Of a stretch of DNA of 45,686 bases, positions 25,814 through 35,557 are shown in pieces. The stretch comes from Bacillota bacterium (GTDB lineage: Bacteria; Bacillota; Limnochordia; JAAZLZ01), in the NCBI GenBank assembly GCA_012522085.1, contig JAAYLE010000124.1:1-45686 (forward strand). Reading direction: 5' to 3'. A model generated the notes under the pieces. That model made no database searches and had not been told where the DNA came from. It saw nothing but the letters and a program-made list of their open reading frames with translations. Position 1 is the stretch's first letter. Every line of letters starts with the position of its first letter. A program made the translations under genes and the position numbers.

Positions 25814-26048
25814 GATTCCAACTCCTTGTCTGCAAGAGTGCTGTTACTATAAAATACCACGCCTTCCGATAAATTCCTTCGTGAAGGAGTTTTTTCTTTG
25901 GAATTTCGTGACGGAGGCCTTCATCCAGGATGAGTCGTAATTGGCGATGCCGGCGAGGAATCCTTGGATTTGCGTCGAAGTAGCTATGGATAATATTTGG
26001 CCGGAGGGCTCATGGTGGTAGAACGCAAAGAAAAGGAGATGATGGCAC

Positions 26049-27179
26049 GTGCGGAAAGATAGTGTGGTAGTCATGGTGTTAATCTTAGGTCTACTTGCCA
26101 GTATCGGGACCGCGGCTCCTAAGCCTATTCGGATTGGACTGCAGGGCCCGATCACCGGTCCTTGGGCCTATGAAGGGGAAATGGCGGTCAACTCGGTTCA
26201 AATCGTGGCTGATCAAATCAACGAGGCGGGTGGAGTCTTAGGTAGACCAATTGAGATTGTCATCGGGGATGATCAGGGCAGTCCGCGGCAGGGAGCTTTG
26301 GTTGCCCAGCGGATGGTCAGCGAAGGAGTGGTCGCCGTCATCAGCAGCTACGGCTCGTCGGTGACGGAGCCTTCGGCGGCCATTTATGAGGAAGCAGAGC
26401 TGTTGAACATCGCCTACGGGGCCACCGCGGAGCGACTTACCGAACGGGGGTTGAAGTTCTTTTTCCGGACGTGTTTCCGGGATGATCGCCAAGGGCAATT
26501 CTTCGCTTCGCTGGTCGATCATGTCCTGAAGGTAAAACGAGTGGCCATCATCCATGATAATACGACGTTCGCCAAAGGATTAGCCGAAGCGGCCAAACGC
26601 TTCTTGGAGGAATCGCCGACAGCGGAATTGGTATTCTACGACGCCATTACACCGGGGGAGAAAGATTTCAGTCCGATTTTGACCAGGATGCGAACGACAG
26701 CTCCGGAAGTAATTTATTTTACCGGCTATTACCCTGAGGCAGGACTCATCCTTTACCAGGCGCGCAATCTCGGCATTGATGCCCTCTTCGTAGGAGGGAA
26801 TGCGGCTATCAATGACGAATTCGTAAACATTGCCGGCCTGGATGTCGCTCAAGGCAGCATCGTCACCCAGGAGCCTTTGCCGACGGATTTGCCGTACCCG
26901 GAAGCGAGGGACTTCCTTACCGAATACATCGAGCGCCACGGGGAGGCGCCGAGCACCCCTTGGCCTGTTTATGCTGCTGATGCCCTGAAGGTGATCGCAG
27001 CAGCTATCCAGGCGACGGGTTCCACGGACTCAAGGGTTCTGGGCGATTATCTGCGGGAAGGTTTGCAGGACCTGCCTGGAATCACCGGTCCGATTTCCTT
27101 TGATCCCAGCGGGGACCGGGCCGGAGCAATTTACCGGGCCTACGTCGTCGACGACCTAGGTCAACTAGTACCCTACTAA
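26049..27179 (+). CDS. LIV-type (HAAT family) ABC transporter substrate-binding protein
   Basis: 376-aa ORF; GTG start after AAAGGAG; signal peptide. Periplasmic-binding-protein type 1 pattern (IRIGLQGPITGPWA, GGVLGRPIE, DDQGSP). Confidence 0.9.
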   Translation: MRKDSVVVMVLILGLLASIGTAAPKPIRIGLQGPITGPWAYEGEMAVNSVQIVADQINEAGGVLGRPIEIVIGDDQGSPRQGALVAQRMVSEGVVAVISSYGSSVTEPSAAIYEEAELLNIAYGATAERLTERGLKFFFRTCFRDDRQGQFFASLVDHVLKVKRVAIIHDNTTFAKGLAEAAKRFLEESPTAELVFYDAITPGEKDFSPILTRMRTTAPEVIYFTGYYPEAGLILYQARNLGIDALFVGGNAAINDEFVNIAGLDVAQGSIVTQEPLPTDLPYPEARDFLTEYIERHGEAPSTPWPVYAADALKVIAAAIQATGSTDSRVLGDYLREGLQDLPGITGPISFDPSGDRAGAIYRAYVVDDLGQLVPY

Positions 27180-27190
27180 GCAGCAGCGGA

Positions 27191-27216
27191 GGGAAGGGGG
27201 AATGAACCCCCTTCCC
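27191..27216 (+). promoter_or_regulatory. Intercistronic perfect 10-bp GC-rich hairpin between the binding-protein and permease genes
   Basis: GGGAAGGGGG-aatgaa-CCCCCTTCCC. Confidence 0.6.
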
Positions 27217-27239
27217 TGTTGGTGAGGAGTGGAGGTTTG

Positions 27240-28142
27240 TTGGAGTTATTCCTAGAACAGTTGGTGAACGGGCTTACTGTAGGCTCTGTGTATTCCCTGG
27301 TGGCTTTAGGCTACACCATGGTGTATGGGGTCATGCGGCTAATTAACTTTGCCCATGGCGAGCTCTTCATGCTCGGTTCGTACCTCGGGTTCACCCTGCT
27401 GGTATCGACTAGCATCGGGAAGTTGGGGGTGGTCTGGGGACTAGTCGTCGTTGTCCTCATGGCTGCAGGGGCGATGGCTGTGCTTGGCATCCTCATCGAA
27501 CGGGCAGCTTATGCTCCCTTGCGAAGGTCGGGCAGGCTGGCGCCTGTTGTCTCCGCCCTTGGCGTTTCTATTTTCTTGCAGAACGCGGCGATGCTCATTT
27601 GGGGCTCTCGCTATCGGGCTTATCCCGTTTGGGCAGCGTTAGATCGCCGCTGGCAGATTGGCGGCGTGCATATCACCTTGATGCAAGGGATCATCTTAGG
27701 CGTTTCGATTATCTTGATGCTTCTCCTCTATTGCATGATCCAGCGGACAACCCTCGGGGCGGCCATCAGAGCTACGGCTATCGACCAAGAGACGGCCCGC
27801 CTGATGGGGATTGACGTCAATGCTATCATCCGCTTCATATTCATCATCGGTCCCGCGTTGGGAGCGGTGGCGGGAGTAATGGTCGGCCTTTACTATCGTC
27901 AGCTCCATTTCACCATGGGCTGGACCTACTCCCTGAAAGCATTCACCGCGGCTATTATGGGGGGGATCGGCAACATACCTGGGGCCATGGTTGGAGGGAT
28001 GCTCCTGGGCATCCTGGAGATGCTGGGTGCAGGCTACATATCGGCTGCGTGGAAGGATGTTTTTGTCTTTATCATCCTGATTGCCCTGCTAATCCTCCGT
28101 CCTACCGGTTTGCTCGGGGAAAGGGTGGCTGAGAAGGTATGA
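27240..28142 (+). CDS. LIV-type ABC transporter permease (LivH type)
   Basis: ELFLEQLVNGLTVGSVYSLVALGYTMVYG is the canonical LivH N-terminus. TTG 27237/27240 lie after GAGGAGTGGAGG. The ORF track start is 27219. Confidence 0.9.
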   Translation: MELFLEQLVNGLTVGSVYSLVALGYTMVYGVMRLINFAHGELFMLGSYLGFTLLVSTSIGKLGVVWGLVVVVLMAAGAMAVLGILIERAAYAPLRRSGRLAPVVSALGVSIFLQNAAMLIWGSRYRAYPVWAALDRRWQIGGVHITLMQGIILGVSIILMLLLYCMIQRTTLGAAIRATAIDQETARLMGIDVNAIIRFIFIIGPALGAVAGVMVGLYYRQLHFTMGWTYSLKAFTAAIMGGIGNIPGAMVGGMLLGILEMLGAGYISAAWKDVFVFIILIALLILRPTGLLGERVAEKV

Positions 28143-29137
28143 CGGCGGGAAAGGGGGGATTAGCGATGGAAATGGTATCTGAAGCCAAGGAACTGCCGCG
28201 GCGGAGATTGATCTATGGGGTCTTATACCTCCTGTTATTGATCTTTCCCTTCAAAGCAGGGCCCTACTGGACTGATGTTGCCACCTTTTTCGGCATTTAC
28301 GTTCTCTTGGGGCTAAGCCTAAATATCATCGTCGGCGAGGTCGGCCTGTTCAACATGGGCCATGCGGCTTTCTACGCCTTGGGGGCCTATACTACCGGCA
28401 TTCTCAATACTGTCTGGGGGATACCCACCATTTGGCTGCTGCCGGTAAGCGGTCTAGTCGCCGGCGGTTTCGGTTATATCCTCACCAGGCCCATCATTCA
28501 CTTGCGGGGCGACTATCTGCTCATCGTCACCATTGGGCTGAATGAGATTCTACGCATTACCTTGATCAACGATCCCTGGGGCCTGACGGGGGGCCCGAAT
28601 GGAGTGCTGGGCATTAAGCGGATGAGGCTGGGAAGCTTAGTCATCAACCGTCCCATCCACTTCTACTTCCTCGTCCTCATCGTCACCACCCTGGTGGTGG
28701 TCGTCCTGCTGCGCTTGCAGCGCTCCCGGATAGGTCGTGCTTGGAACTATATTCGGGAAGATGAAGTGGCTGCTGAGGCGATGGGAATAGATGTGCGCAG
28801 CATGAAGCTGCTGGCCTTCGTACTGGGGGCGGCACTGGCGGGAATTGCCGGTTCCATCTACGCCACCAAAATGATGATCATCTCCCCTGAGAGCTTCACC
28901 TTCTGGGAATCGATTGTATTGTTTACCATCGTGATTTTGGGGGGCATGGGGTCCATCCCCGGCGTCATTGTCGGCAGTGCCGTCATGATGGTTCTGCCGG
29001 AGCTGCTCCGGGACTTCATGCAGTACAGGATGCTTTTCTTCGGAGCCGCCATGGTCGTGATGATGGTCTTTCGACCCCAAGGGCTGTGGCCGAGCAAGCG
29101 CTGGCAGCTTGAGATGGGACGAGAAACGGAGGAGTAA
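28139..29137 (+). CDS. LIV-type ABC transporter permease (LivM type)
   Basis: 332-aa polytopic ORF with ATGA overlap onto the upstream stop. LivM pattern (LGLSLNIIVGEVGLFNMGHAAFYALGAY). An alternative ATG is at 28166. Confidence 0.9.
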   Translation: MTAGKGGLAMEMVSEAKELPRRRLIYGVLYLLLLIFPFKAGPYWTDVATFFGIYVLLGLSLNIIVGEVGLFNMGHAAFYALGAYTTGILNTVWGIPTIWLLPVSGLVAGGFGYILTRPIIHLRGDYLLIVTIGLNEILRITLINDPWGLTGGPNGVLGIKRMRLGSLVINRPIHFYFLVLIVTTLVVVVLLRLQRSRIGRAWNYIREDEVAAEAMGIDVRSMKLLAFVLGAALAGIAGSIYATKMMIISPESFTFWESIVLFTIVILGGMGSIPGVIVGSAVMMVLPELLRDFMQYRMLFFGAAMVVMMVFRPQGLWPSKRWQLEMGRETEE

Positions 29138-29143
29138 AGGTCA

Positions 29144-29938
29144 TTGGAACAACCCCTCTTGCAAGTAATTGGCGTTCGCAAGGCCTTTGGAGGGCTCCTT
29201 GCGGTAAATGATGTTGATTTTTGGGTGCCCGAGGGTCAAATAGCTAGTCTGATCGGCCCTAACGGTGCGGGCAAGACGACGGTCTTCAACCTCATCACCG
29301 GCATCGAATCGCCCGATGCGGGGAAGATCATGTTCGCCGGACGGGACATTACCGGCTGTCCGCCCCATGTGATCACCCGCGCGGGGATTGCCCGGACATT
29401 CCAAACCTTGAGGCTGTTTCCCAATTTGACTTGCCTGGAAAACGTCATGGCCGGTCAGCATGTCCGCACCAAAGCGGGATTGTTTAGTTCAGTCCTTCGC
29501 ACTTCTCGGCAGCAGGAAGAGGAACGGCGAATTTACGAGGCAGCTCGCCGCTGCTTGGATAAGGTGGGCCTGTGGCATCTTAGGGCGGAACTGGCCAAGA
29601 ATCTATCCTATGGGGATCAGCGCCTCTTGGAGATCGCTCGCGCTTTGGCCACCGAGCCTAGTCTCCTCATCCTAGATGAACCTGCCAGCGGGTTGAACAA
29701 CGTGGAAACTGCCCGCCTCATGGATCTCATCCGCCAGATTCGGGACGAAGGGATTACCATTTTATTGATCGAACATGATATGGATGTTGTGATGGGCATT
29801 TCGGAATGGATCACGGTGCTGGACAACGGCCGGAAGATCGGCCAAGGCACCCCGGAAGATATCCAGGAGAACGAAGAAGTAATAGTCGCCTACCTAGGCA
29901 AGGAAGAGGAAGATTTCAGTTGGAACTCCTGCAATTAG
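29144..29938 (+). CDS. LIV-type ABC transporter ATP-binding protein (LivG type)
   Basis: Walker A GPNGAGKTT, signature LSYGDQRLLEIARAL, Walker B LLILDEPASGL. Confidence 0.9.
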   Translation: MEQPLLQVIGVRKAFGGLLAVNDVDFWVPEGQIASLIGPNGAGKTTVFNLITGIESPDAGKIMFAGRDITGCPPHVITRAGIARTFQTLRLFPNLTCLENVMAGQHVRTKAGLFSSVLRTSRQQEEERRIYEAARRCLDKVGLWHLRAELAKNLSYGDQRLLEIARALATEPSLLILDEPASGLNNVETARLMDLIRQIRDEGITILLIEHDMDVVMGISEWITVLDNGRKIGQGTPEDIQENEEVIVAYLGKEEEDFSWNSCN

Positions 29939-30648
29939 AAGAAATATGTGTTTCCTACGGCCGGATTGAAGTGCTGCGGCAAGTCTCCCTCCAAGTCAAT
30001 GAGGGTGAAATTGTAGCTCTGCTGGGAGCAAATGGTGCCGGGAAGACAACGACCCTGCGGGCCATTTCCGGCCTGGTCAAACCGCGACAAGGGGATATTC
30101 TATTTGACGGGTCGTCCATCCTTGCCCTGCCGGCCCACCGGATCGTCGGGCAGGGAATAGCCCAATGCCCCGAGGGGCGGAAGGTGTTTCCCACCCTGAC
30201 GGTGGAAGAAAACCTCCGGCTAGGCGCCTATCTTCACCGTAACGACAAGGAGTGGGTTGAGGAAGGTCAGGAAAAGGTCTGGGAGCTGTTTCCCCGTTTG
30301 CATGAAAGACGTTTTCAGCTCGCAGGCACCCTGTCGGGAGGGGAGCAGCAGATGCTGGCCATCGGCAGAGCCCTCATGGCCAGACCCCGGCTTCTCCTCT
30401 TAGACGAACCTTCCTTGGGACTTGCGCCCCTCCTCGTCCAGGAGATATTCCGCACCATCAAGGCGATCAATGCCCAGGGCGTGGCTATTCTTCTCGTTGA
30501 ACAAAATGCCCGTCTCGCCCTTAAAATTGCCCATCGGGCCTATGTCTTGGCTACAGGTCAGGTGGTCGTATCGGGGGAGGCAGCTGATCTGGCAAACGAC
30601 GAGAAGCTCCGAAAAGCCTATCTGGGCGCCGCCCCTGCCCAATCTTAA
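29920..30648 (+). CDS. LIV-type ABC transporter ATP-binding protein (LivF type)
   Basis: Walker A GANGAGKTT, signature LSGGEQQMLAIGRAL, Walker B LLLLDEPSLGL. TTG 29920 lies after AGGAAGAGGAAG and overlaps the end of livG-type. The ORF track start is 29806. Confidence 0.9.
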   Translation: MELLQLEEICVSYGRIEVLRQVSLQVNEGEIVALLGANGAGKTTTLRAISGLVKPRQGDILFDGSSILALPAHRIVGQGIAQCPEGRKVFPTLTVEENLRLGAYLHRNDKEWVEEGQEKVWELFPRLHERRFQLAGTLSGGEQQMLAIGRALMARPRLLLLDEPSLGLAPLLVQEIFRTIKAINAQGVAILLVEQNARLALKIAHRAYVLATGQVVVSGEAADLANDEKLRKAYLGAAPAQS

Positions 30649-30659
30649 GCCCATCAGTG

Positions 30660-30687
30660 CCGCGGGCCGACGGTCCGCGGTTTTTTT
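30660..30687 (+). terminator. Rho-independent terminator after the first LIV-type operon
   Basis: CCGCGGGCC-ga-CGGTCCGCGG followed by TTTTTTT. Confidence 0.8.
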
Positions 30688-30926
30688 GTGTCGAACACCC
30701 GACGGGACGGGCGATACTTGGGGCCGATGACTACAAGTAGTATGGCGGCCGAATCTAACAATAGTATCTAGCCGATCGGTCGGGCTTAAGGAGAATGCCC
30801 GCCCGGGAGGTACTCGTGGTGCTGCTGGCCTGCATATTCTTCCCGGAGCTGGTCACCTACCTTCCTCGGACAGTGTTGGGACGATAGCTGGCGGCCTTGG
30901 AACAAGAATACATCAGGAGGGAATTG

Positions 30927-31250
30927 ATGGTGACTGAACACGAGATGGGGGCCGTCGGCTTTGCTGCCGGCATGCACATCATGGAACCGGGCGGGATGAA
31001 TCAAATGCACGTCCATGAGAAGCAGCAGGAGGCCATGTACTTCTATTCCGGCCGCGGCATCGCTCGGGTGGGCGATGAGGAATTCGAAATCGTGCCTGAG
31101 AGTTTCCTCCTTGCCCCGGCGGGGGTACCGCACCAAATCTGCAATATAGGCGATGAGCCCCTGAAGTTCGTTTGGATCTATTGTCCTCCGCTCCCGGAAC
31201 ACTACAGCCAAGAAACATACCATCAAGGTGCATCGGAGCAGGTGAAATAG
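30927..31250 (+). CDS. Cupin domain protein (cupin_2 type)
   Basis: Both cupin motifs are present: PGGMNQMHVHEKQQEAMYFYSG and APAGVPHQICN. ATG 30927 lies 5 nt after AGGAGGG. The ORF track start is 30897. Confidence 0.8.
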   Translation: MVTEHEMGAVGFAAGMHIMEPGGMNQMHVHEKQQEAMYFYSGRGIARVGDEEFEIVPESFLLAPAGVPHQICNIGDEPLKFVWIYCPPLPEHYSQETYHQGASEQVK

Positions 31251-31942
31251 TGGGGCGGCGATGGTCGATCGCGTTGGTCCACGGGATCCCCGCGGTCATC
31301 AGTACCATGGATGAACTAGCGCGGGAGATATGTCCTGGTGTAGAAGTCTTCAACATGCTCCACGAAGGACTGTTTCTTGAGCTCTCACGAGGACAAGTTA
31401 ACCCGTCGCTAGTCAGGCGGTTCTGCAGCCTCATTGTCGAAGCAGAAGCTTCAGGGGCGTGCCTTGTCCTTGTTACCGGGTCTACCTTTTCCCCCTTCGT
31501 GGACGTTGCTCGCAAGCTGGTCTCCATTCCGGTCATCAAGATTGACGAGGCCATGGCTGAGGAAGCCGTCAAAGTGGGCAGCACCATCGGGCTAGTTGCA
31601 ACGGAGGAGGCAACGGTGAGGCCGAGCTCTGACCTGATTCTCCGCAAGGCCGGCGAACAGCAGAAGCAGATCGAGATTATCGTGGCCACAATTCCTGAGG
31701 CGAGGCGATTCCTAAGGTTAGGTCAGGTGGCCAAGCACGATGAGCTGATCTTGCAACAAGTGCGTTCTTTAGCGACTCGGGTCGACAGCATCGTTCTTGC
31801 CCAGGCATCAATGGCTTCGGCCCTAGCTGAGGCGAAGAAGGCAGCTTCCGTCCCCGTCTGGGCCAGTCCGGAATTAGCCCTGCGACAGGTTCGGCAAACC
31901 TTAGTCGATGCCGGCTGGCAAGGCGATGCTTCTGAAGACTAA
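31250..31942 (+). CDS. Asp/Glu/hydantoin racemase-superfamily protein
   Basis: About 230 aa with two Rossmann-like halves; LVLVTGSTFSPFVD and DSIVLAQASMAS resemble the two active-site loops of this superfamily. GTG 31250 overlaps the cupin TAG. The ORF track start is 31172. Confidence 0.65.
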   Translation: MGRRWSIALVHGIPAVISTMDELAREICPGVEVFNMLHEGLFLELSRGQVNPSLVRRFCSLIVEAEASGACLVLVTGSTFSPFVDVARKLVSIPVIKIDEAMAEEAVKVGSTIGLVATEEATVRPSSDLILRKAGEQQKQIEIIVATIPEARRFLRLGQVAKHDELILQQVRSLATRVDSIVLAQASMASALAEAKKAASVPVWASPELALRQVRQTLVDAGWQGDASED

Positions 31943-31946
31943 GAAA

Positions 31947-31969
31947 GGGGAGATGCCACGCATCTCCCC
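31947..31969 (-). terminator. Intrinsic terminator after the second (minus-strand) LIV-type operon
   Basis: GGGGAGATGC-cac-GCATCTCCCC. On the minus-strand RNA it is followed by UUUCUU. On the plus strand there is no U-tract. Confidence 0.6.
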
Positions 31970-31986
31970 CCTCAATTAGGCCGGAG

Positions 31987-32697
31987 TTATCCCCCGAGAT
32001 AGTTCTTCTTCACTTCCTCATTGTTCTGCAGCATGGTTGCCGTACCCGAGAGGGTGATCTCCCCGTTGACGAGGACATAGCCCTTTTGGGAGATCCGAAG
32101 GGCCATCCGGGCATTCTGCTCCGCGAGGAGGACGGTGATGCCCTCCTGCTTGTTGATCTGCTGGATGGCCTCGAAGACCCTTTCCACGAGCAATGGGGCA
32201 AGGCCTAAGGAAGGCTCGTCGAGCAGCAACAGCCGCGGCTTGGCCATGAGGGCTCGGGCGATGGCGAGCATCTGCTGTTGACCGCCGCTCAAGGTCCCGC
32301 CGGCCTGGTGCATTCTCTCCTTGAGGATGGGGAAAAGAGCAAACGCCTTTTCCAAGTTCTGGTCCATTTCGGCTTTAGTGTAGCCCTGGGGATAAGCACC
32401 CATCTCCAGGTTCTCCAGGACGGTCATCTCCGGAAATATCTTGCGCCCCTCAGGCACACAGGAGATTCCCTGTCTGACTATCTGCGCGGGGGACATATCG
32501 TTTAGGACTTGGCCCATGAATTCAATGGCGCCCCTCTGAACAGGCACGAGTTTCGTTATGGCCCGCATCATGGTCGTCTTCCCCGCACCGTTGGCACCGA
32601 GGAGACAAACAATTTCCTTTTCCTGGACTTCCAACGATACCCCTTTCAAGGCACGGATGTTACCGTAAGAGACATCGATATCCCGAACTACCAGCAC
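31987..32697 (-). CDS. LIV-type ABC transporter ATP-binding protein (LivF type)
   Basis: Walker A GANGAGKTT, signature LSGGQQQMLAIARAL, Walker B LLLLDEPSLGL; GTG start. Confidence 0.9.
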   Translation of the reverse strand: MLVVRDIDVSYGNIRALKGVSLEVQEKEIVCLLGANGAGKTTMMRAITKLVPVQRGAIEFMGQVLNDMSPAQIVRQGISCVPEGRKIFPEMTVLENLEMGAYPQGYTKAEMDQNLEKAFALFPILKERMHQAGGTLSGGQQQMLAIARALMAKPRLLLLDEPSLGLAPLLVERVFEAIQQINKQEGITVLLAEQNARMALRISQKGYVLVNGEITLSGTATMLQNNEEVKKNYLGG

Positions 32698-32731
32698 GAC
32701 GAAGACATCCCCTCTCTAGCAGGCATAGATA

Positions 32732-33523
32732 TCACTCACCGGACTTGTCAAGCTCCGATGCTAGCTCTCTGCCTAGGTAAGCTTCGATGACCTCATGGTT
32801 ATCCTTGATCTTTTCCGGTGGACCTTCAGCGATTTTCTCCCCGTAATTGAGGACGGTAATCTTTTCGGCGACGCTCATGACGAGCATCATCCGGTGTTCA
32901 ACGAGGCAGATGGTGATCCCCAGTTCCTGGATGCGCCGGAGGAGCTTCTCCAGGCTGTTAATCTCATCGGCGCTCAGACCTGCCGCCGGCTCATCGAGAA
33001 AGACGATCTTGGGACTTGCCGCTAAGGCCCGAGCGATTTCCAATACCCGCCGCTGTCCATAGGGCAGGCTGACCGCAGGCATGGCCGCCCTATCCGCCAG
33101 GTCCACAAATCTTAAGATCTCCATCGCCCGTTCATACATCTTCGCCTCCTCCAAGCTGCCTTCCGTAGTTGGGAAGATGGCGCCGAACAGGCCGACCTTG
33201 GCGTGGATGTACTGGGCGGCGAGGATGTGGTCAATGACGGACATGGTGGGGAAAAGCCTTAAGTTTTGAAAGGTGCGGGCCATGCCTCTCCTTACCCGGT
33301 GATAAGAAGGGAGATTGGTAATATCTTCCCCGTCGAAGATGATTCGCCCCGCGCTCGCCGGATAAATGCCGGTGATGACGTTAATCAAAGTGGTTTTGCC
33401 GGAGCCGTTTGGTCCGATGATGGCCCGAATCTCGCCCTCCGCCACGGACAAGTCCAAGTTGGTCAAGGCTTGGACGCCGTTGAAGTTCTTGCTTACTCCG
33501 GATACCTCAAGGATGGTGCCCAA
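32732..33523 (-). CDS. LIV-type ABC transporter ATP-binding protein (LivG type)
   Basis: Walker A GPNGSGKTT, signature LPYGQRRVLEIARAL, Walker B IVFLDEPAAGL. TTG start after GAGGAGGGAG. Confidence 0.9.
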   Translation of the reverse strand: MGTILEVSGVSKNFNGVQALTNLDLSVAEGEIRAIIGPNGSGKTTLINVITGIYPASAGRIIFDGEDITNLPSYHRVRRGMARTFQNLRLFPTMSVIDHILAAQYIHAKVGLFGAIFPTTEGSLEEAKMYERAMEILRFVDLADRAAMPAVSLPYGQRRVLEIARALAASPKIVFLDEPAAGLSADEINSLEKLLRRIQELGITICLVEHRMMLVMSVAEKITVLNYGEKIAEGPPEKIKDNHEVIEAYLGRELASELDKSGE

Positions 33524-33555
33524 GTTATTTCTCCCTCCTCAAGATCCCCCAATTG

Positions 33556-34548
33556 TCAAACATTGACTTCCCTTGCTCCTTGCGCCGGCTCGGCCGCGGC
33601 TAGGCGTTTGGCTCGCAGACGGGTTAGGATCCCCATCAGACCATAGGGCTCATAAACGATGATCACGATGATCGCCGCCGCGTACATGACCAGGTACCAC
33701 TGCTTCATGAAGCGCAAGAGCTCCATCAAGATAGTCAGGGCCGTGGCACCCAGCAGGGCGCCCGGGACAGTTCCGATGCCGCCAAAGACGAGCATGCTGA
33801 CGAAACTGAAGGAATAGGCCTGGGTGTAGAGTTCCGGGCTGATGTACTGCTGAAAACTAGCATACAAAGTGCCCGCCACCGCTGAATAGGCCCCACACCA
33901 GATGAAAGCGAACACCTTGAGAAAGGTCGAATTCATGCCGATGGCCTCCGCGGCCAATTCATCATCTCGCACAGCCTTCAAGGCCCTGCCGAACCTGGAC
34001 CGTTCGATGCGGATAGCAAGGAGGTACAGGAGTATCGACAGGATGAGGGCGAGATAATAGAAGACCCGATTGTCGGTGAACTGAAGGCCGAGAAGGGACG
34101 GGCGCGGGATGTTTTGGATCCCAAAAACCCCGCCGGTAAATGAACTCCAGTTCATCAGGACGCTCCTCGTTATCTCCCCGAAGCCAATGGTAATGATGGC
34201 TAGATAGTACCGTTTCAGGCGCAGGGTGGGAAAGCCCAGAAATAGACTGAAGATGCCAACGACGACGATGGACAGCAGCGCAGCGGCCCACCAGTTCCAT
34301 CCGTACTTAGTTGCCGCCAGACTGAATGCATAGCTGCCGATCCCTAAGAAACCCGCGGTACCAAGGTGGAGCTGCCCGGCAAAGCCGAAGATGAAATTAA
34401 GGCCCATCACAGCAATTCCGTTTATCACCGCGAGGCACAGGACAAAAAAGGGATACTGGCTTCTGACGAAGATGGGGGCGATGATCAGCAGGAAGAAAAT
34501 AAAGATTGATACCGTCCGTTCCAGCTCTCGTTTTCTTGCCTCGGTCAT
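33556..34548 (-). CDS. LIV-type ABC transporter permease (LivM type)
   Basis: 330-aa polytopic ORF with LivM pattern (MGLNFIFGFAGQLHLGTAGFLGIGSY). Overlaps the upstream gene by 4 nt. Confidence 0.9.
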   Translation of the reverse strand: MTEARKRELERTVSIFIFFLLIIAPIFVRSQYPFFVLCLAVINGIAVMGLNFIFGFAGQLHLGTAGFLGIGSYAFSLAATKYGWNWWAAALLSIVVVGIFSLFLGFPTLRLKRYYLAIITIGFGEITRSVLMNWSSFTGGVFGIQNIPRPSLLGLQFTDNRVFYYLALILSILLYLLAIRIERSRFGRALKAVRDDELAAEAIGMNSTFLKVFAFIWCGAYSAVAGTLYASFQQYISPELYTQAYSFSFVSMLVFGGIGTVPGALLGATALTILMELLRFMKQWYLVMYAAAIIVIIVYEPYGLMGILTRLRAKRLAAAEPAQGAREVNV

Positions 34549-35426
34549 AAGCTCTCACCCGCCTTCTTGCCCAGGATGCCCTGGGGACGTACCAGTAAGA
34601 AGAAAATGAGGATCAAAAACACAATGGCATCCTTGTAGCGGGATGATAAAAAGCCGGCAACGAAGATTTCGATGGTCCCCAGCAAGATGCCGCCGACGGT
34701 GGCTCCGATGATGCTGCCAAACCCGCCGATGACGCAAGAAGCAAATCCTTTCTGACCTACCATCGACAAATCAACGGAGACCATGAACAACGGAGCAAGC
34801 AGTATTCCCGCGATCCCAGCCAGAATGGAGCTGTTGGCGAAGGTGATGGCAATGGTTCGGCCGGTGTCAATGCCCATCAGCGTGGCCGCTTCCCTGTCCT
34901 GAGCCACTGCTCGCATGGTCTTGCCCAGGGTGGTCCGGCGGAAAAAGAGCCATTGCAGGATGAGCAATACCCCTGTGATGACGATGACGAACAAGTTCTG
35001 TTTGAGAATGCTTACCTCCCCGAAATGGATGACGCCCTGACCAAATGGGCCCTGGGTGGTGACGGGATAGGGACCCCAGATGATGATATACATGTTCGAT
35101 AAAAGGATGCCAAGGGCCAGGGTGCTGAGCATCACGGCTCGGGGGTGGGCGTCCTTCAGAGGACTGTAGACGACCCGTTCCGCTCCCATTCCAAAGACGC
35201 TCATGGCCGCGGCAACGCCCAACAGGGACAGGCCAAGACCGAAGCCCAACTTATTGGACAAAGTAGCCGCGTACAAGAAGGCCGCCATAGTGACGAAATC
35301 CCCTTGGGCAAGGTTGACGATTCCGACGGCATTCCAGATGAAGGTATACCCCAGGGCGACCAAGCTGTAGATGCAGCCCATGGCCAAGCCGTTGATTAGT
35401 TGTTGGACTAGAACGGCGACATTCAT
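34545..35426 (-). CDS. LIV-type ABC transporter permease (LivH type)
   Basis: MNVAVLVQQLINGLAMGCIYSLVALGYTFIWN is the canonical LivH N-terminus. Confidence 0.9.
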   Translation of the reverse strand: MNVAVLVQQLINGLAMGCIYSLVALGYTFIWNAVGIVNLAQGDFVTMAAFLYAATLSNKLGFGLGLSLLGVAAAMSVFGMGAERVVYSPLKDAHPRAVMLSTLALGILLSNMYIIIWGPYPVTTQGPFGQGVIHFGEVSILKQNLFVIVITGVLLILQWLFFRRTTLGKTMRAVAQDREAATLMGIDTGRTIAITFANSSILAGIAGILLAPLFMVSVDLSMVGQKGFASCVIGGFGSIIGATVGGILLGTIEIFVAGFLSSRYKDAIVFLILIFFLLVRPQGILGKKAGESL

Positions 35427-35520
35427 GTGTCGATGGCGCTAGGAGCCTCCGCCCCTAAGGGCAGGATGGCGCCGTCCCTCCTCTCCCAAAACGATGATTT
35501 GGCCAACTAGGGCCAGTGAA

Positions 35521-35553
35521 GAGTGGTGCCGGGCTGCCCACCCGGCACCACTC
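35521..35553 (-). promoter_or_regulatory. Intercistronic perfect 13-bp hairpin between the binding-protein and permease genes
   Basis: GAGTGGTGCCGGG-ctgccca-CCCGGCACCACTC. It begins 4 nt after the binding-protein stop on the minus strand. Confidence 0.6.
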
Positions 35554-35557
35554 TCGG

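Noticed and set aside
30795-30887. 30-codon hydrophobic mini-ORF (MPAREVLVVLLACIFFPELVTYLPRTVLGR) upstream of the cupin gene
   Set aside because: The AAGGAG is only 1 nt from the ATG. There is no supporting conservation information, and short hydrophobic ORFs arise easily in GC-rich spacers. It would only be worth revisiting if Ribo-seq exists.
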